From assembly GCA_951406725.2 (NCBI GenBank), contig OX597815.1:43648001-43712000 (forward strand): a stretch of DNA of 64,000 bases, in the 5' to 3' direction. A program made the translations under genes and the position numbers. The notes beneath the pieces are model-generated. The model had not been told where the DNA came from, did no database searches, and was given only the letters and a program-made list of their open reading frames with translations. This DNA comes from Octopus vulgaris (Eukaryota). Below are positions 38,121-52,280 of this stretch, piece by piece (the stretch's first letter is position 1; each line of letters starts with the position of its first letter).

Positions 38121-38997
38121 TTAGAGAAATAACTGAGAACCTATGTGATGAAAAGAAAACGTGCGGTTCTTTATGTGTAATAGGCATTAGAAAATCACTT
38201 GTTGTATATTTTTATTGTTCGGTAGCTGCAAAAAAAGATTTTTCGACTTTCATAGACACGTTACTTATATGGGCGCAAATTTAGATTAATTCTGTTTAGT
38301 TGTAGATTGTACGTGAGAATTTTCGGTGCCGGAATATCTCGTATGCAGACATTTTCTCTTGGAAAACCTTTTTGCTTTAATCTAACAGATAACAAAACAA
38401 TTCATTTTCAAACTTAGAAGTTCTATAAAATTTGTAAGCTATCGAAGGTCACACAACTGGTGTCAATTTCAGGTCCCGCATGACATGTATTAATTTATAG
38501 TGACCATTATCTATTGCTAGGCTTATTGCAATAGCAACAGCTAATAGTGGTAGCAACAGCTGGGAAATGAATAGGACATTATTCAGGGTATATGTAGCCT
38601 CAGTCACTCTTTTATCATTTGCTACCAAAAGAAGGCCAAAACTTGTTTCTGAGTATGTTCCAATCCTTTGAACAAACAACAGCAGTTTCTACCTTGTTCT
38701 TAAATTGGATTTTTAAGGTAAACAGTTAAGATAAATTGACACAATCATTCGTGTGCACAAAGTAACACGTGTGAACGATATCTACATGCGTAAGTGCAGG
38801 CGTGGCTGTGTGGTAAAAAGTTTGCTTCTCAACCAGGTAGTTCCAAGTTCCGTCCCACTGCGTGGAAACTTGGACATGTGTCTACTATAGCAACGTACCG
38901 GCCAAATCTTGTGAGTAGATTTGGTTTCCATCTACCAAACCCACTGACATGATTTGGTAGAGGAGAAACTGAAAGAATCCCGTCGTGTGTATATATG

Positions 38998-39029
<32 letters not shown>

Positions 39030-39044
<15 letters not shown>

Positions 39045-40183
39045 CAGAAATAATTAGACACGCCATAAAACATTGTTTTATGTTTAACTTGAAAAAGTTT
39101 ATATATTTTTTAATGGACATGTTTATGTTTCAGGTTCTATAAGTGACTTTTTAATCATGCCAAATACAAACTGTCCAAATTTCAAAGAGGCCGGATTGTG
39201 AATCATTCCGAAAGTGGACATAATGTAAAATCATAGAAAACATTGGGATCCCGTTTCTACAGTTAATGGAGTGATAGCGCAATTCACCAGAGAGGGAAAG
39301 GAGCCCACATCAACTTGCCCAGTTCGACTAGGGCCTTCTGACAGGACCCTTTGTTTGTTAAATGAAGTGTGGAAGATAATCCTTATTGCAAAGCCTCTGA
39401 CATAGCAGAACAAGTCGACTTCAGTCGCAGAACATCTGTCATGTATCTCCACAAACTTGGCTATTATGACAGAGCAACAAGAAGGAAGCCACTTCTTCAA
39501 CCAGCCAATATCAAGTGGAGAAAAGATTGGGCCACTGAGATGATCGAGCAGCCGCGTGCCTTTTAGTACACTATCAAATTCTCTGATGAGTATAGATTTG
39601 CTGTACTATCTGATAGTGGTCGAGTGTGGGTATAGAGACTCTGTGATCAAGAATTTGAGATGTAAAGATTGCTCCCAACAATGAAACACGGCAGCTATTA
39701 TTCGATGGTCTGGGGAGCAATTTGGAGCAATAGTCAGTCAGAGCTGGTGGAGTGGGTTGGAAGCATAAACTCAGATAAATATGTGTCTATACTGCAGAAA
39801 GGACTCCTTCCAATCTTTTCCAATGATTATATGATTAAAGAAGACTCTTTATTTATAGAAGATGGGGCTCCTTGCCACACGGCTAAAAAGACCCAAGATT
39901 TGTTGGAAAAGAACAGCATTAAAAGACTTCCATGGCCAAGCCAGTCACCTGATATGAACGATTTTGAGATTACTGCTTGTAACTTGCAAGAAATTCCCCA
40001 AGAGGATATTCGTCATCTGATCAGTAACATACCTTATAGGATGCTTGCACTAAAAACTACAAAGGACATGTCTACTAAATATTACATATTCACATTATAA
40101 TAACTAATAGATAATTTGAATATATAATTTCAGATTTAAATAAATTTTTGTTTACAAGGGTGTCTATTTACTTCTGTTATGTC

Positions 40184-40187
<4 letters not shown>
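39030..40187 (+). mobile_element. Decayed Tc1-family element nested in a SINE A (5' half 38794-38995, 3' half 40590-40745)
   Basis: RATRRKPLL, KFSDE, PTMKHG..SMVWGAI, FIEDGAPCHTAK, LPWPSQSPDMN; TIR remnants aacagaaataattagacac / gtgtctatttacttctgtt. Confidence 0.9.
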
Positions 40188-40251
<64 letters not shown>

Positions 40252-40449
40252 GTATAAAGCTGTGTAATAACTTTGATTGGGGTACTTACTTTCTCTCTGT
40301 CTGTAGAGTCTTAGCAGATCAAATATCGAAACGATTAATATGCGTGATTACAACATGGAATTAATTCATCTATCCGAAACGTGCGTAAGCTGATTAAAAA
40401 CATGTAATGCTCCATCCATTTCTGTGTGTATCAATATGTACATATGTGG

Positions 40450-40559
<110 letters not shown>

Positions 40560-41658
40560 GTGTGTACATATGTGGCTATCTGTGTATGAATGTCTGCCTT
40601 TGCCCTCTTCCCTTGACAGCCTGCGTAAGTTTATTTACGTATCCGTAAGTTAGCGGTTCAGTAAAAAGACAGACAGACTAAGTACCAGGTTTAAAATAAG
40701 TATAGGGGTCAGTCCAATAACTGCAACGTGTAAAAGGATAAAAGTAAGTATTTTGTAGAAACATCATGAAGCAACAAGAATATAAGCCTCTGCTTAGCCA
40801 TCAGTATCCCAGCTAACTTTCCTTGAATACTCTGTTCTTAATCAAGAATTGAGTCAAAATGAGTAAAGTAGAATAATGAATTTTGCTGAGACACACGGAG
40901 AAACGATTGTATCCACTCAGTTCTATTACATCTACGTGAATGAGTGAACGAGAATAATGACTAATGACAGACAAATTGCAAATAACCATGGCATTTAGGA
41001 AGCACTAAAATCATAACGATGGTTTTTACTTTCTAATAACGGTATTGTGAAGGGTTGGCGCTAGTGATGCTTAATGGTGGTAGAGGGTGTTTCGGTGTTG
41101 AATGAAGAGATAATAGGAATGGCGAGTAGAGATGGTAATTGATAGGAAGTGGAAGGGAGTGTATAGCAAGATGGAAGGTAAGAAACGCTCAGTGTTGGTG
41201 ATGGCGTTGATAGGGTTTGTGTTAGTGGGGGGATACTGGTGATAGTATTTGTTGTAGAGATGAGTTACATTGAAGATATGACCAACGGCGGTTGTGGTGG
41301 GAGAGACAAATATAACGGAATGTTAGCACTGTTAGAGGGAGGCCGAGAACCAGATATGCTGGTACAGGTAAGTTTGGGAGTCAGACAGACAAACAAAAAT
41401 ACATGTATGTATGCATGTATGTATGTATGTATGTATGTGTATATGTATGTATGTATGTATAGATAGATATATGTGAGTGAGAGAGAGAGAGGAAGGGAGA
41501 GAGGGAGAAAGAAAGAGAGATAGAGATAGCTAAATATATCGATATACACATAGAGAAAGGCAGAAAGGCAGACTAGCAGACATACAGAAAGGCAGAAAGG
41601 CAGACTAGCAGACATGGTGAGAGAGCTGGTGAGCTGGTGAAAGAGCTAGAGAGAGATG

Positions 41659-41703
<45 letters not shown>

Positions 41704-41738
41704 AGAGAGATAAATAAATAGATAGATGGTGCGAGAGG

Positions 41739-41799
<61 letters not shown>

Positions 41800-42946
41800 G
41801 AAAGGAAAGATATAGAAAGGTTTTCTATAACGAGAAATTCGTACATTAAACAGGAGATTCTTAAGATAAACTATTTAAGAGAAAATGGTGTAGTAACAAT
41901 CTGGATGGCAATGCAAAATAAAGGTGAAGTTTGAGGTAAGATTATAAGAGAATGGGGGTGGGGGAGGAGGAGGCAATGCGATTAAAAAGATAAGAGAGAA
42001 ACAGAGATAGAAAGCAAAAAAGAGTAGACAAGGATTATTTTGGTAAAACGAAGTGAAGGGAATGTAAAATTACTGAATAATTACGAAACAGATCAGTAGT
42101 GTTGAAAAAAAAAGGAGTGTATAAATTGGGGTGTTCACCCAAATTTCTCATTAAAAAAGCGGCAGTAAAGAAATAAAATAAATACGTAAATAAATAAATA
42201 GCTCTGGGATGCAAGAGTCAGTGAAGGGAAGAAATTTAGGAACTAAATATATTATGAGATGCTTCTGTGCCATGAAATGCTGATATGGTTGAACATAACT
42301 TACATGCATGCGTGCATAATACATGTATGTACATAGACATACACACTCGGAGAAACACAAGTACACATGCTCAAATACAGATATGCATGTGAGTGTGTGC
42401 GTGTGTGTGTATGTGTGTGTGTGTGTGTGTGCGTGTGTGTGCGTGTGTGTGTTAAAGCATAGATATTTAAAAATAAATGTACTTTTGTATAATTTCTGGA
42501 GGTATAAAATCGTGCGTGCACTGTGTATATATGAATTAATATAACGTCTGATGCTTCAGTAGGGGTGCTGTCGTAAAATAAGGCTTGGTCCCGGGTGTTT
42601 CAAATCAGGCAAAGCCCCTCCCTCTCCGAGCTGGAATGCAAGCGATTTCTTCCTGAGAAACTAACAGATAGAAAGAAGAGTCGGTCCTGTACCGTCCCCG
42701 ATAGGCTGAAATGAAAGATTCACATGGGCGGGATTTGAATCCGAATGCAGAGGGCTGAAATGGATATCAAAAAACGTCTAAGGTTGACATCGCTAACTAT
42801 GCGGCCTACTCACTCATTTGCCTCTGAACAGACATTTATATAACTGTGTCTACTTGGTATTTTGTAATTTATTTTGATCAGATAAGTCTTATTCTTCTGA
42901 ATTGAATGCGAACTATGATCCACGCGCCACCGAACTATTGCACGCG

Positions 42947-43021
<75 letters not shown>

Positions 43022-43708
43022 CTGTGTGTGTGATTTTATGCCATATTTTCCCAATGAGGGTAACCTGGCTTCGCCCAATAGATCTATTGAAGATTATATT
43101 ATTCCACACCCTATGACATCATGGGCCTTGGCTATGCATGAAGGTTGCTACGACATAAACCATATTTCCTCCGAAATAGCTGTCAAGATAAGACCACTCC
43201 ATAACTTCTTCCGTTTATTTTATATTCGTTATTTTGTACTTTCTATTTCGCATTCCATGTAAATGTACGCGTTAAGCTTACTTTTGTATGTATGTATGTA
43301 TGTATGTATGTATGTATGTATGTATGCATATATCATGTATGTATGTGGGCATACATAGAAATGTGTGTGTTGGTATAGTTTCATTTGGTATTGTACGCAG
43401 AGAACTCAATAATTGTGTATAACATTGCCTTATCATACAGTTTAGATGTCAAAGTCGTTGCAGGTTGACGAAAGATTTTTGAATGATTTTTGAAGTGAAG
43501 AAACTGTACGGAAGCCTGTCATGTGTGTTTTTGTTTGCGCGTGTGTGTGTACGCATGAATGTGCATGCGTGCGTCTTTGTGTTTAACTGCTTCAAAAGCA
43601 GAGTTGGTTTATTACGTCCTTCAAAATTAGAGTTTCGGAAAAAGGTGCCTCATGGAATACGTAACAGTATTCGGTGGAACAGACCGGAGTCAGTTCCATC
43701 GAACAGAG

Positions 43709-44009
43709 CAAGGATTCCCAACGTGGGGCATACGCCCCACCGGTGAGGCCTGGGAAGATTGTGGTGGGACGTGGTGTCGTAGTCAAGGTACAAGATTCTC
43801 ATTGAAATGATTCACTTTTTGTCTTAATAATGTACTTTTCTTTGAACGCAATACTTAATAGAAAAGTTACTGGTAAATTTTTTTCTGTTAAAAAATTGTG
43901 ATAAGATATTAAAAATAAAGTTGTTTTTTTCTTCCAACCACCGGTGGGACATACAATTTTTTCGAAAGTTACAGTGGGGCCTGGGGAAAAAATTGGTTGG
44001 GAAACACTG
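43709..44009. mobile_element. hAT-type MITE
   Basis: caaggattcccaac ... gttgggaaacactg imperfect TIRs; no TSD preserved; counterpart at 55509-55790. Confidence 0.6.
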
Positions 44010-44138
44010 TACTAAACACTTCAAGGCATTGATCCAGCGTGACCACAGTCCAATGGTTAAAATCCAACAAAAGAATACGAATTAGATTAATGATAAAAGA
44101 AATAGCCACATATATTTGATTATATATTCTGGCAGTAA

Positions 44139-44378
44139 GGCGGTGAGCTAGCAGAATCGTTAGCACGCCGGGCGAAATGCTTATCGGTATTTCGTCTCCC
44201 GTTACGTTCTGAGTTCAAATGCTGGCGAAGTCGACTTTGCCTTTCATCCTTTCGGGGTCGATTAAATAAGTACCAGTTACGCACTGGGGTCGAAATAATC
44301 GACTTAATTCGTTTGTCTGTCCTTGTTTATCCTCTCTGTGTTTAGCCCCTTGTGGGTAGTAAAGAAATAGGTATTTCA
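44139..44378 (+). mobile_element. SINE family B monomer (counterpart at 55920-56159)
   Basis: ggcggtgagctagcagaatcg head, gagttcaaat B box, gcctttcatcctttcggggtcgat core. Confidence 0.9.
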
Positions 44379-44903
44379 TTTGCCTTTTTTTTTATATGCG
44401 TGTCTATGTGTTTCGTGTTTATGTTATGCGTCTTTATACTTAGTTATGTTGCCAATTGAGAAAGAGGGGTTGATAACACAAATACCAGAGTGAAATGTGT
44501 TGGGGTGGATATGGTTGACTAAAAGTATGAAGTCAGTGCCCCAGCATGGCCAAACTCTACTGACCAGAATCTGAAAAAGAATAAATGAATACACATATTC
44601 ATTCATTATATTTCTGTGAATGGACTTGTGAATGAAGGCCATGTTTTATCTTTTACTTAAGTCAGATGTTAGACTGCGACTATGCTGGAGCACGCGATTG
44701 GAAGACAGTACATTTTTTCCTAAGGCTGGTATATATACTAACGGTGTATAATGCTATAGTGGAAGACAAGGTGCCAAACGAGCCACGCAATAGGGCTGAA
44801 CATAGCGTTGGGAAGCAAACTTCTTTCTACACAGCCTCGTTAATGTCAGAAGAAAACGTGTGACAGGACAAAGTCAACCAGAAGACAGACACGTACGCGA
44901 ACG

Positions 44904-44936
<33 letters not shown>

Positions 44937-45409
44937 GCACACATGAACTCACACACAAGGCATTAGACTGCAACTATGCTAGGACACTGCCTTTGAGGGC
45001 AGTTCATGTTTTTATAAGCCTGGTAGTTATACTATCAGTGTCTTTTGGCGGAACCGCTAAGTTACAGGAACGTAAACAAACAAACACCGATTGTCAATCG
45101 GTAATGAGTTACGAACACAAAGTACACATACGACGGCCTCCTTTTAGTCTCTGTCTTTCAAATCCATTCACAAGTTTGACCCAGGGCTTATAGTGCATGA
45201 CAAGGTGTCCAACGTGTCACGCAGTGGAGCTGAACCCGGAACCATGTGGCTGGGAGGCAAACATTTTTCTACAAAACTACGTTTAATGTCTAGAAAATGT
45301 GTGACAAGACAAAGTCAACCAGAACACCCCACACACACAAAACAATCTTTTACCCGTTTCAGGCATTATTTTCTTTAGTTAAGAATATTTTAAGTAATGG
45401 TTAATAAAA

Positions 45410-45596
45410 ATGTTCCTTCTCGAGCCATGCCAGGCTCATAAGGGCCGGTTTCTTTTTTGCCAGCTGAGTGGACTGGAGCAACGTGAAATGAAGTGTTTTG
45501 CTCAAGAACACAACGCATCCCCCGGTCCAGGAATCGAAACCACAACCTTACGATCATGGTGCTCACACCCTAACCACTAAGCCACGCGCCTCCACA
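45410..45596 (-). mobile_element. SINE family C (counterpart at 57190-57372)
   Basis: Revcomp of 17474-17610; flanked by the direct repeat aatggttaataaa (likely TSD). Confidence 0.85.
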
Positions 45597-45897
45597 ATGG
45601 TTAATAAACCATCTAAAAAATGCCAGTAATAACGACTTTTGACCTCAGTATGTCAACCTAACTTCGTTTTGTCTCACTTATAAAGAATGCTTTAAACAAT
45701 TGTTTTCTCATTTTTCAACCTCTTTTTTCTGCTCTTCTTTATCTTTATCAAATTTTTCCCCATTCATATACGTTTAAGTTTACATACACGCATGTTTTCT
45801 CTCTTCCTGGTTAGGGCTTAAAAGTTTATTTTGACCAGATACTAATTCGGTGGTATCTATAACGATATAGATACAATACAGTAGATCAAGTTCTTCT

Positions 45898-46126
45898 CGC
45901 TCTTTTACTCTTTTACTTGTTTCAGTCATTTGACTGTGGCCATACTGGAGCACCGCCTTTAGTCGAGCAAATCGACCCCAGGACTTATTCTTTGTAAGCC
46001 TAGTACTTATTTTATTGGTCTCTTTTGCCGAACCGCTAAGTTATAGGGACGTAAACACACCACCATCGGTTGTCAAGCGATGGTGGGGGGACAAACACAA
46101 GCACATAACCACACACACATACATAC

Positions 46127-46161
<35 letters not shown>

Positions 46162-46273
46162 CGACGGGCTTCTTTCAGTTTCCGTCCACCAAATCCACTC
46201 ACAAGGCTTTGGTCGGCCCGAGGCTATAGTAGAGGACACTTGCCCACGCAGTGGGACTGAACCCGGAACCATG
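45898..46273 (-). mobile_element. 5'-truncated SINE family A (counterpart at 57678-58043)
   Basis: High identity to 6094-6470. Confidence 0.9.
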
Positions 46274-46501
46274 TCTTCGAAACATGTCGAAAGTAAAAGA
46301 ACTTGAATAGCATCTACGTTCAACTCCATCTATTTACTTATACTACACAAATTACTGCACATTAACCCGGAGTTTTTACCCTTGAATAGGTCGCTACATC
46401 CTTGTTACTTGCGTGAATTTTGCTACCCTGGTAACTGTTTATTGAATTTTCTATGTTAACGGTAAACAAAGGATAAATCATTCAACCATTTATATATATA
46501 A

Positions 46502-46555
<54 letters not shown>

Positions 46556-46769
46556 ACATAAATAATATATAAACATATGCATATATACATACATATATGT
46601 ACATACCTACATCTATATGTATATATACATGCATATATGGGTACAGGACACAAAAAAAAACGTTGAACACAATGAGAAACGAAAACATAAAAACATGGAA
46701 ACGACTTTTTTCAAACAGCGAAAAAAAAAAACAGAGTACAAGACATACAACACAAGGAATATTCCCCTT

Positions 46770-46808
46770 GTGGCTGGATTTGGTAGGCGCAAACTTAAAG
46801 AAGCCCGT

Positions 46809-46840
<32 letters not shown>

Positions 46841-46850
46841 CATACATACA

Positions 46851-46881
<31 letters not shown>

Positions 46882-47090
46882 GTGTGTGTACATCTTTGTT
46901 TTGTCCCCACCAGCAGTTGACAACCGCTGTTGGTTTGTTTACATTTCCGTAACTGGATGGTTCGGCAAAGGATAATAAGTGCCAAGTTAAAAAAAATAAG
47001 TGTCAGGCTTAAAAAAAGAAAGTACTTGTATCGCTTTGTTTTATTAACCGCTTCAAGATGCTGTCCCTGGATGGCCGCAGTTCAATAAGT
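46770..47090 (+). mobile_element. Degenerate SINE family A
   Basis: tggatttggtagg...gaagcccgtc...gttgacaaccgctgttgg...gatggccgcagt. Confidence 0.7.
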
Positions 47091-47387
47091 GGAGCACTTA
47101 AAAAAGAGAATATATATATACAAAACCCAATTTTTGAAGAAATTACAGACATTTTGTCGAATTTCATGGTAGTCTGTATGTTTGGGCTTACAATTACGTA
47201 ATGGTAAGAAGCCATCATCTCTATATAAACCACCAGAGATTGACAGAAAACGTTCATTTAATTAAGTCAGAATATGCATTCCGACAATACTGCGACGTCA
47301 GTTGGCACATGCGGTATACGTGCAAAATCCTATTTCACATTTTGTTTCTAGGTTGGTTTTGTAAATTCTGTCGTTAATATCAACACT

Positions 47388-47474
<87 letters not shown>

Positions 47475-48750
47475 CCTTCTCTCACTCTCTTTCTCTCTCC
47501 CTCTTTCCATCCTTCTCTCTCTCTCTTTCTCTCAAATGGATATGATTTATAGTGTATAGATCACATTCTAAAATGCAAACTAGTATCAGATACCGCGGCT
47601 AAATAACTTCTTTAATAAGTAATTTAGCCGTAGTGTAATGGCTGAAAAAAAAACTGCCGTCAGATGTTAGTAAAAAATGAGAAACATACAATTAACCTGG
47701 AATAAAGGGGATTTTGCACAACTGTTCTTTCTTCATGAAGAAAACGGGGCCAGGGAGGTTTCTAAGCTAAAAGAGCTCATATTTTCGAAAACATTATCAA
47801 GGTAAATTTTGCTGCTATTTTAACCATGTCGAAAGACCACTTAGGAGTTTTCGTAAAAGTAATGCGTTAGTGATTGAGTTATTGCTGGACTACATCAGAA
47901 GCTTATTCAATAAAAAAAATGATAAGAAAATATGAGAATTTCTTAATGGAACATTGAAATTGAAATGCTGTAGTGTTAAAAGAAAACTCTTAACTATGTA
48001 CTGAAGCGCGCACGCACACACAAGTAACATACACATACATACAAGCAGCATACGCAAACATACATATACAAAAAAAACATATACAATATATAGTGTAGAA
48101 TGTAGAGCATTAGTCACACAAAAACCGGAAAAAGATTGGTAACAGAGCTTATTGTATGTACATAGCTAAGATTACTTAAAATGGGATAGGTTCCACTAAA
48201 ACTGATTTGCTGGAAAACAAGAACTTACCTTTACTAAGTATGCTAGTTTAGCTTCACTGTAAGGAATAAAACAATTGCAATACTCCAGGTTTTATCACTT
48301 CCCATCCAGAAAAATTAAGATCCATCCTAATCGTTTCTACTCCACCCCACTTTTTTTTTGCCACAAGCAGATAAAACTTTGCGCTGTAATCAATTTGTTT
48401 ACTTTCTAGAGCGATTCCAAAACGTCATTTAGTGAATGTGAGTATGTATTAAATTAATAATTTATACTTATAAATTTAAGAACGGAGATAGCTTACATAT
48501 ATACGGTATTTCATTCAGCACCGCTTGGAAGGAGTCATAGATGTTACCTTACTTATCGTTTCCTGCAGTTTCAGTATCAGTTGGTGCATAGACCTGAATT
48601 ATGGCAACTTTCACGTCTGGTTTGGAAACGCGTTGTTATAACCCCTTCACTTATTGGTTTCCAGCCAACCAATGCTGCAGTCATCTTCTTGTCCAATATA
48701 ATAATCCAAACTCCATATATATGTTGGTGCTCTGCGTCAGAATATAGGTA

Positions 48751-48963
48751 CGGGAGGGTGCTGAAGAGTTCCTATCTTTAAGAGCATCGCCAAAGGCCTG
48801 GCTAGATGCCCAACCTTCCAAGTTCTTTTATAGAACCTAAAAAAAGTGAAGGACCACTGCAACAAGTCCGTCAATCTGAGAGGGGAATATGTTGAAGAAA
48901 ATCATAACTTATCCTCCTGTATTTTCTTTTGCCCAAAGCCAGGAACTTTTCAGCACCCCATCG
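48751..48963 (+). mobile_element. Mariner-derived MITE, 213 bp (counterpart at 60481-60692)
   Basis: TIRs cgggagggtgctgaagagttcct / aggaactttttcagcaccccatcg; retains C-terminal DHCNKSVNLRGEYVEE. Confidence 0.8.
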
Positions 48964-48992
48964 TGTGTATATATATATATGTGTGTGTGTGC

Positions 48993-49038
<46 letters not shown>

Positions 49039-49206
49039 ATATATTTACTGCAAAGCTAAACTGGTATACTTATTAAAGGTAAGTTCTTGTCTTTCAGTAG
49101 ATCTGTTTTAGTGGGACCTATCCTATTTTAAGTAATCTTCGGTATGTAGATACGATATACACTAAGCTCTTTTTTACATTTATATATATATATATATACT
49201 CATACG

Positions 49207-49263
<57 letters not shown>

Positions 49264-49394
49264 AATTAGAGATAAAACCACTATTAGGCAAATCAAAACA
49301 GTGAAAATCATAAACAAATACATAGAAATAAAATTAATTAATAAAAAATATATGAAATATAAAATTCAAAATTTAAAATATTTAAATTAAAGTT

Positions 49395-49567
49395 ATGTGT
49401 GGTAAGTAGCTTGCTAACCAACCACATGGTTCCGGGTTCAGTCCCACTGCGTGGCATCTTGGGCAAGTGTCTTCTGCTATAGCCCCGGGCCGACCAATGC
49501 CTTGTGAGTGGATTTGGTAGACGGAAACTGAAAAGAAGCCCGTCGTATATATGTATATATATATATA

Positions 49568-49603
<36 letters not shown>

Positions 49604-49683
49604 GTGTGTGTGTGTGTGTGTTTGCGTGCATGTGTCCCCCTAGCATTGCTTGACAACCGATGCTGGTGTGTTTACGTCCCCGT
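49395..49683 (+). mobile_element. SINE family A truncated at both ends (counterpart at 61115-61385)
   Basis: tgtgtggtaagtagcttgctaacc...gtttacgtccccgt. Confidence 0.85.
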
Positions 49684-49721
49684 GTGTATATGTCGTGTGT
49701 ATATATATATGTATGTAGTGA

Positions 49722-49821
49722 NNNNNNNNNNNNNNNNNNNNNNNNNNNNNNNNNNNNNNNNNNNNNNNNNNNNNNNNNNNNNNNNNNNNNNNNNNNNNNN
49801 NNNNNNNNNNNNNNNNNNNNN
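49722..49821. other. Assembly gap (100 N)
   Basis: Run of 100 n, a typical unknown-size scaffold spacer. Confidence 0.99.
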
Positions 49822-50728
49822 CACAACTAGAATTTTATATATATAGATTAGAGAAATAACTGAGAACCTATGTGATGAAAAGAGACCGTGGTTCGGTTCT
49901 TTATGTGTAATAGGCATTAGAAAATCACTTGTTGTATATGTTTATTGTTCGGTAGCTGCAAAAAGGATTTTTCGACTTTCATAGACACGTTACTTATATG
50001 GGCGCAAATTTAGATTAATTCTGTTTAGTTGTAGATTGTACGTGAGAATTTTCGGTGCCGGAATATCTCGTATGCAGACATTTTCTCTTGGAAAACCTTT
50101 TTGCTTTAATCTAACAGATAACAAAACAATTCATTTTCAAACTTAGAAGTTCTATAAAATTTGTAAGCTATCGAAGGTCACACAACTGGTGTCAATTTCA
50201 GGTCCACATGACATGTATTAATTTATAGTGACCATTATCTATTGCTAGGCTTATTGCAATAGCAACAGCTAATAGTGGTAGCAACAGCTGGGAAATGAAT
50301 AGGACATTATTCAGGGTATATGTAGCCTCAGTCACTCTTTTATCATTTGCTACCAAAAGAAGGCCAAAACTTGTTTCTGAGTATGTTCCAATCCTTTGAA
50401 CAAACAACAGCAGTTTCTACCTTGTTCTTAAATTGGATTTTTAAGGTAAACAGTTAAGATAAATTGACACAATCATTCGTGTGCACAAAGTAACACGTGT
50501 GAACGATATCTACATGCGTAAGTGCAGGCGTGGCTGTGTGGTAAAAAGTTTGCTTCTCAACCACCACGTAGTTCCAAGTTCCGTCCCACTGCGTGGAAAC
50601 TTGGACATGTGTCTACTATAGCAACGTACCGGCCAAATCTTGTGAGTAGATTTGGTTTCCATCTACCAAACCCACTGACATGATTTGGTAGAGGAGAAAC
50701 TGAAAGAATCCCGTCGTGTGTATATATG

Positions 50729-50775
<47 letters not shown>

Positions 50776-51911
50776 CAGAAATAATTAGACACGCCATAAA
50801 ACATTGTTTTATGTTTAACTTGAAAAAGTTTATATATTTTTTAATGGACATGTTTATGTTTCAGGTTCTATAAGTGACTTTTTAATCATGCCAAATACAA
50901 ACTGTCCAAATTTCAAAGAGGCCGGATTGTGAGTCATTCCGAAAGTGGACATAATGTAAAATCATAGAAAACATTGGGATCCCGTTTCTACAGTTAATAG
51001 AGTGATAGCGCAATTCACCAGAGAGGGAAAGGAGCCCACATCAACTTGCCCAGTTCGACTAGGGCCTTCTGACAGGACCCTTTGTTTGTTAAATGAAGTG
51101 TGGAAGATAATCTTATTGCAAAGCCTCTGACATAGCAGAACAAGTCGACTTCAGTCGCAGAACATCTGTCATGTATCTCCACAAACTTGGCTATTGTGAC
51201 AGAGTAACAAGAAGGAAGCCACTTCTTCAACCTGCCAATATCAAGTGGAGAAAAGATTGGGCCACTGAGATGATCGAGCAGCCGCGTGCCTTTTAGTACA
51301 CTATCATATTCTCTGATGAGTATAGATTTGCTGTACTTTCTGATAGTGGTCGAGTGTGGGTATAGAGACTCTGTGATCAAGAATTTGAGATGTAAAGATT
51401 GCTCCCAACAATGAAACACGGCAGCTATTATTCGATGGTCTGGGGAGCAATTTGGAGCAATAGTCAGTCAGAGCTGGTGGAGTGGGTTGGAAGCATAAAC
51501 TCAGATAAATATGTGTCTATACTGCAGAAAGGAATCCTTCCAATCTTTTCCAATGATGATATGATTAAAGAAGAATCTTTATTTATAGAAGATGGGGCTC
51601 CTTGCCACACGGCTAAAAAGACCCAAGATTTGTTGGAAAAGAACAGCATTAAAAGACTTCCATGGCCAAGCCAGTCACCTGATATGAACGATTTTGAGAT
51701 TACTGCTTGTAACTTGCAAGAAATTCCCCAAGAGGATATTCGTCATCTGATCAGTAACATACCTTATAGGATGCTTGCACTAAAAAATACAAAGGACATG
51801 TCTACTAAATATTACATATTAACATTATAATAACTAATAGATAATTTGAATATATAATTTCAGATTAAAATAAATTTTTGTTTATAAGGGTGTCTATTTA
51901 CTTCTGTTATG

Positions 51912-51976
<65 letters not shown>

Positions 51977-52177
51977 GTATAAAACTGTGTAATAACTTTG
52001 ATTGGGGTACTTACTTTCTCTCTGTCTGTAGAGTCTTAGCGGATCAAATATCGAAACGATTAATATGCGTGATTACAACATGGAACTAATTCATTTATCC
52101 GAAACGTGCGTAAGCTGATTAAAAACATGTAATGCTCCATCCATTTCTGTGTGTATCAATATGTACATATGTGGCTA

Positions 52178-52227
<50 letters not shown>

Positions 52228-52244
52228 AATATGTACATATGCGT

Positions 52245-52280
<36 letters not shown>

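Noticed and set aside
39580-39600. ctgatgag word (also at ~51313)
   Set aside because: It encodes the Tc1 FSDE motif and has no ribozyme fold
39669-40100. Functional transposase CDS (also 51399-51830 and the LINE ORF 14230-14826)
   Set aside because: Truncated by upstream stops or frameshifts, with the catalytic region damaged; these are pseudogene fragments
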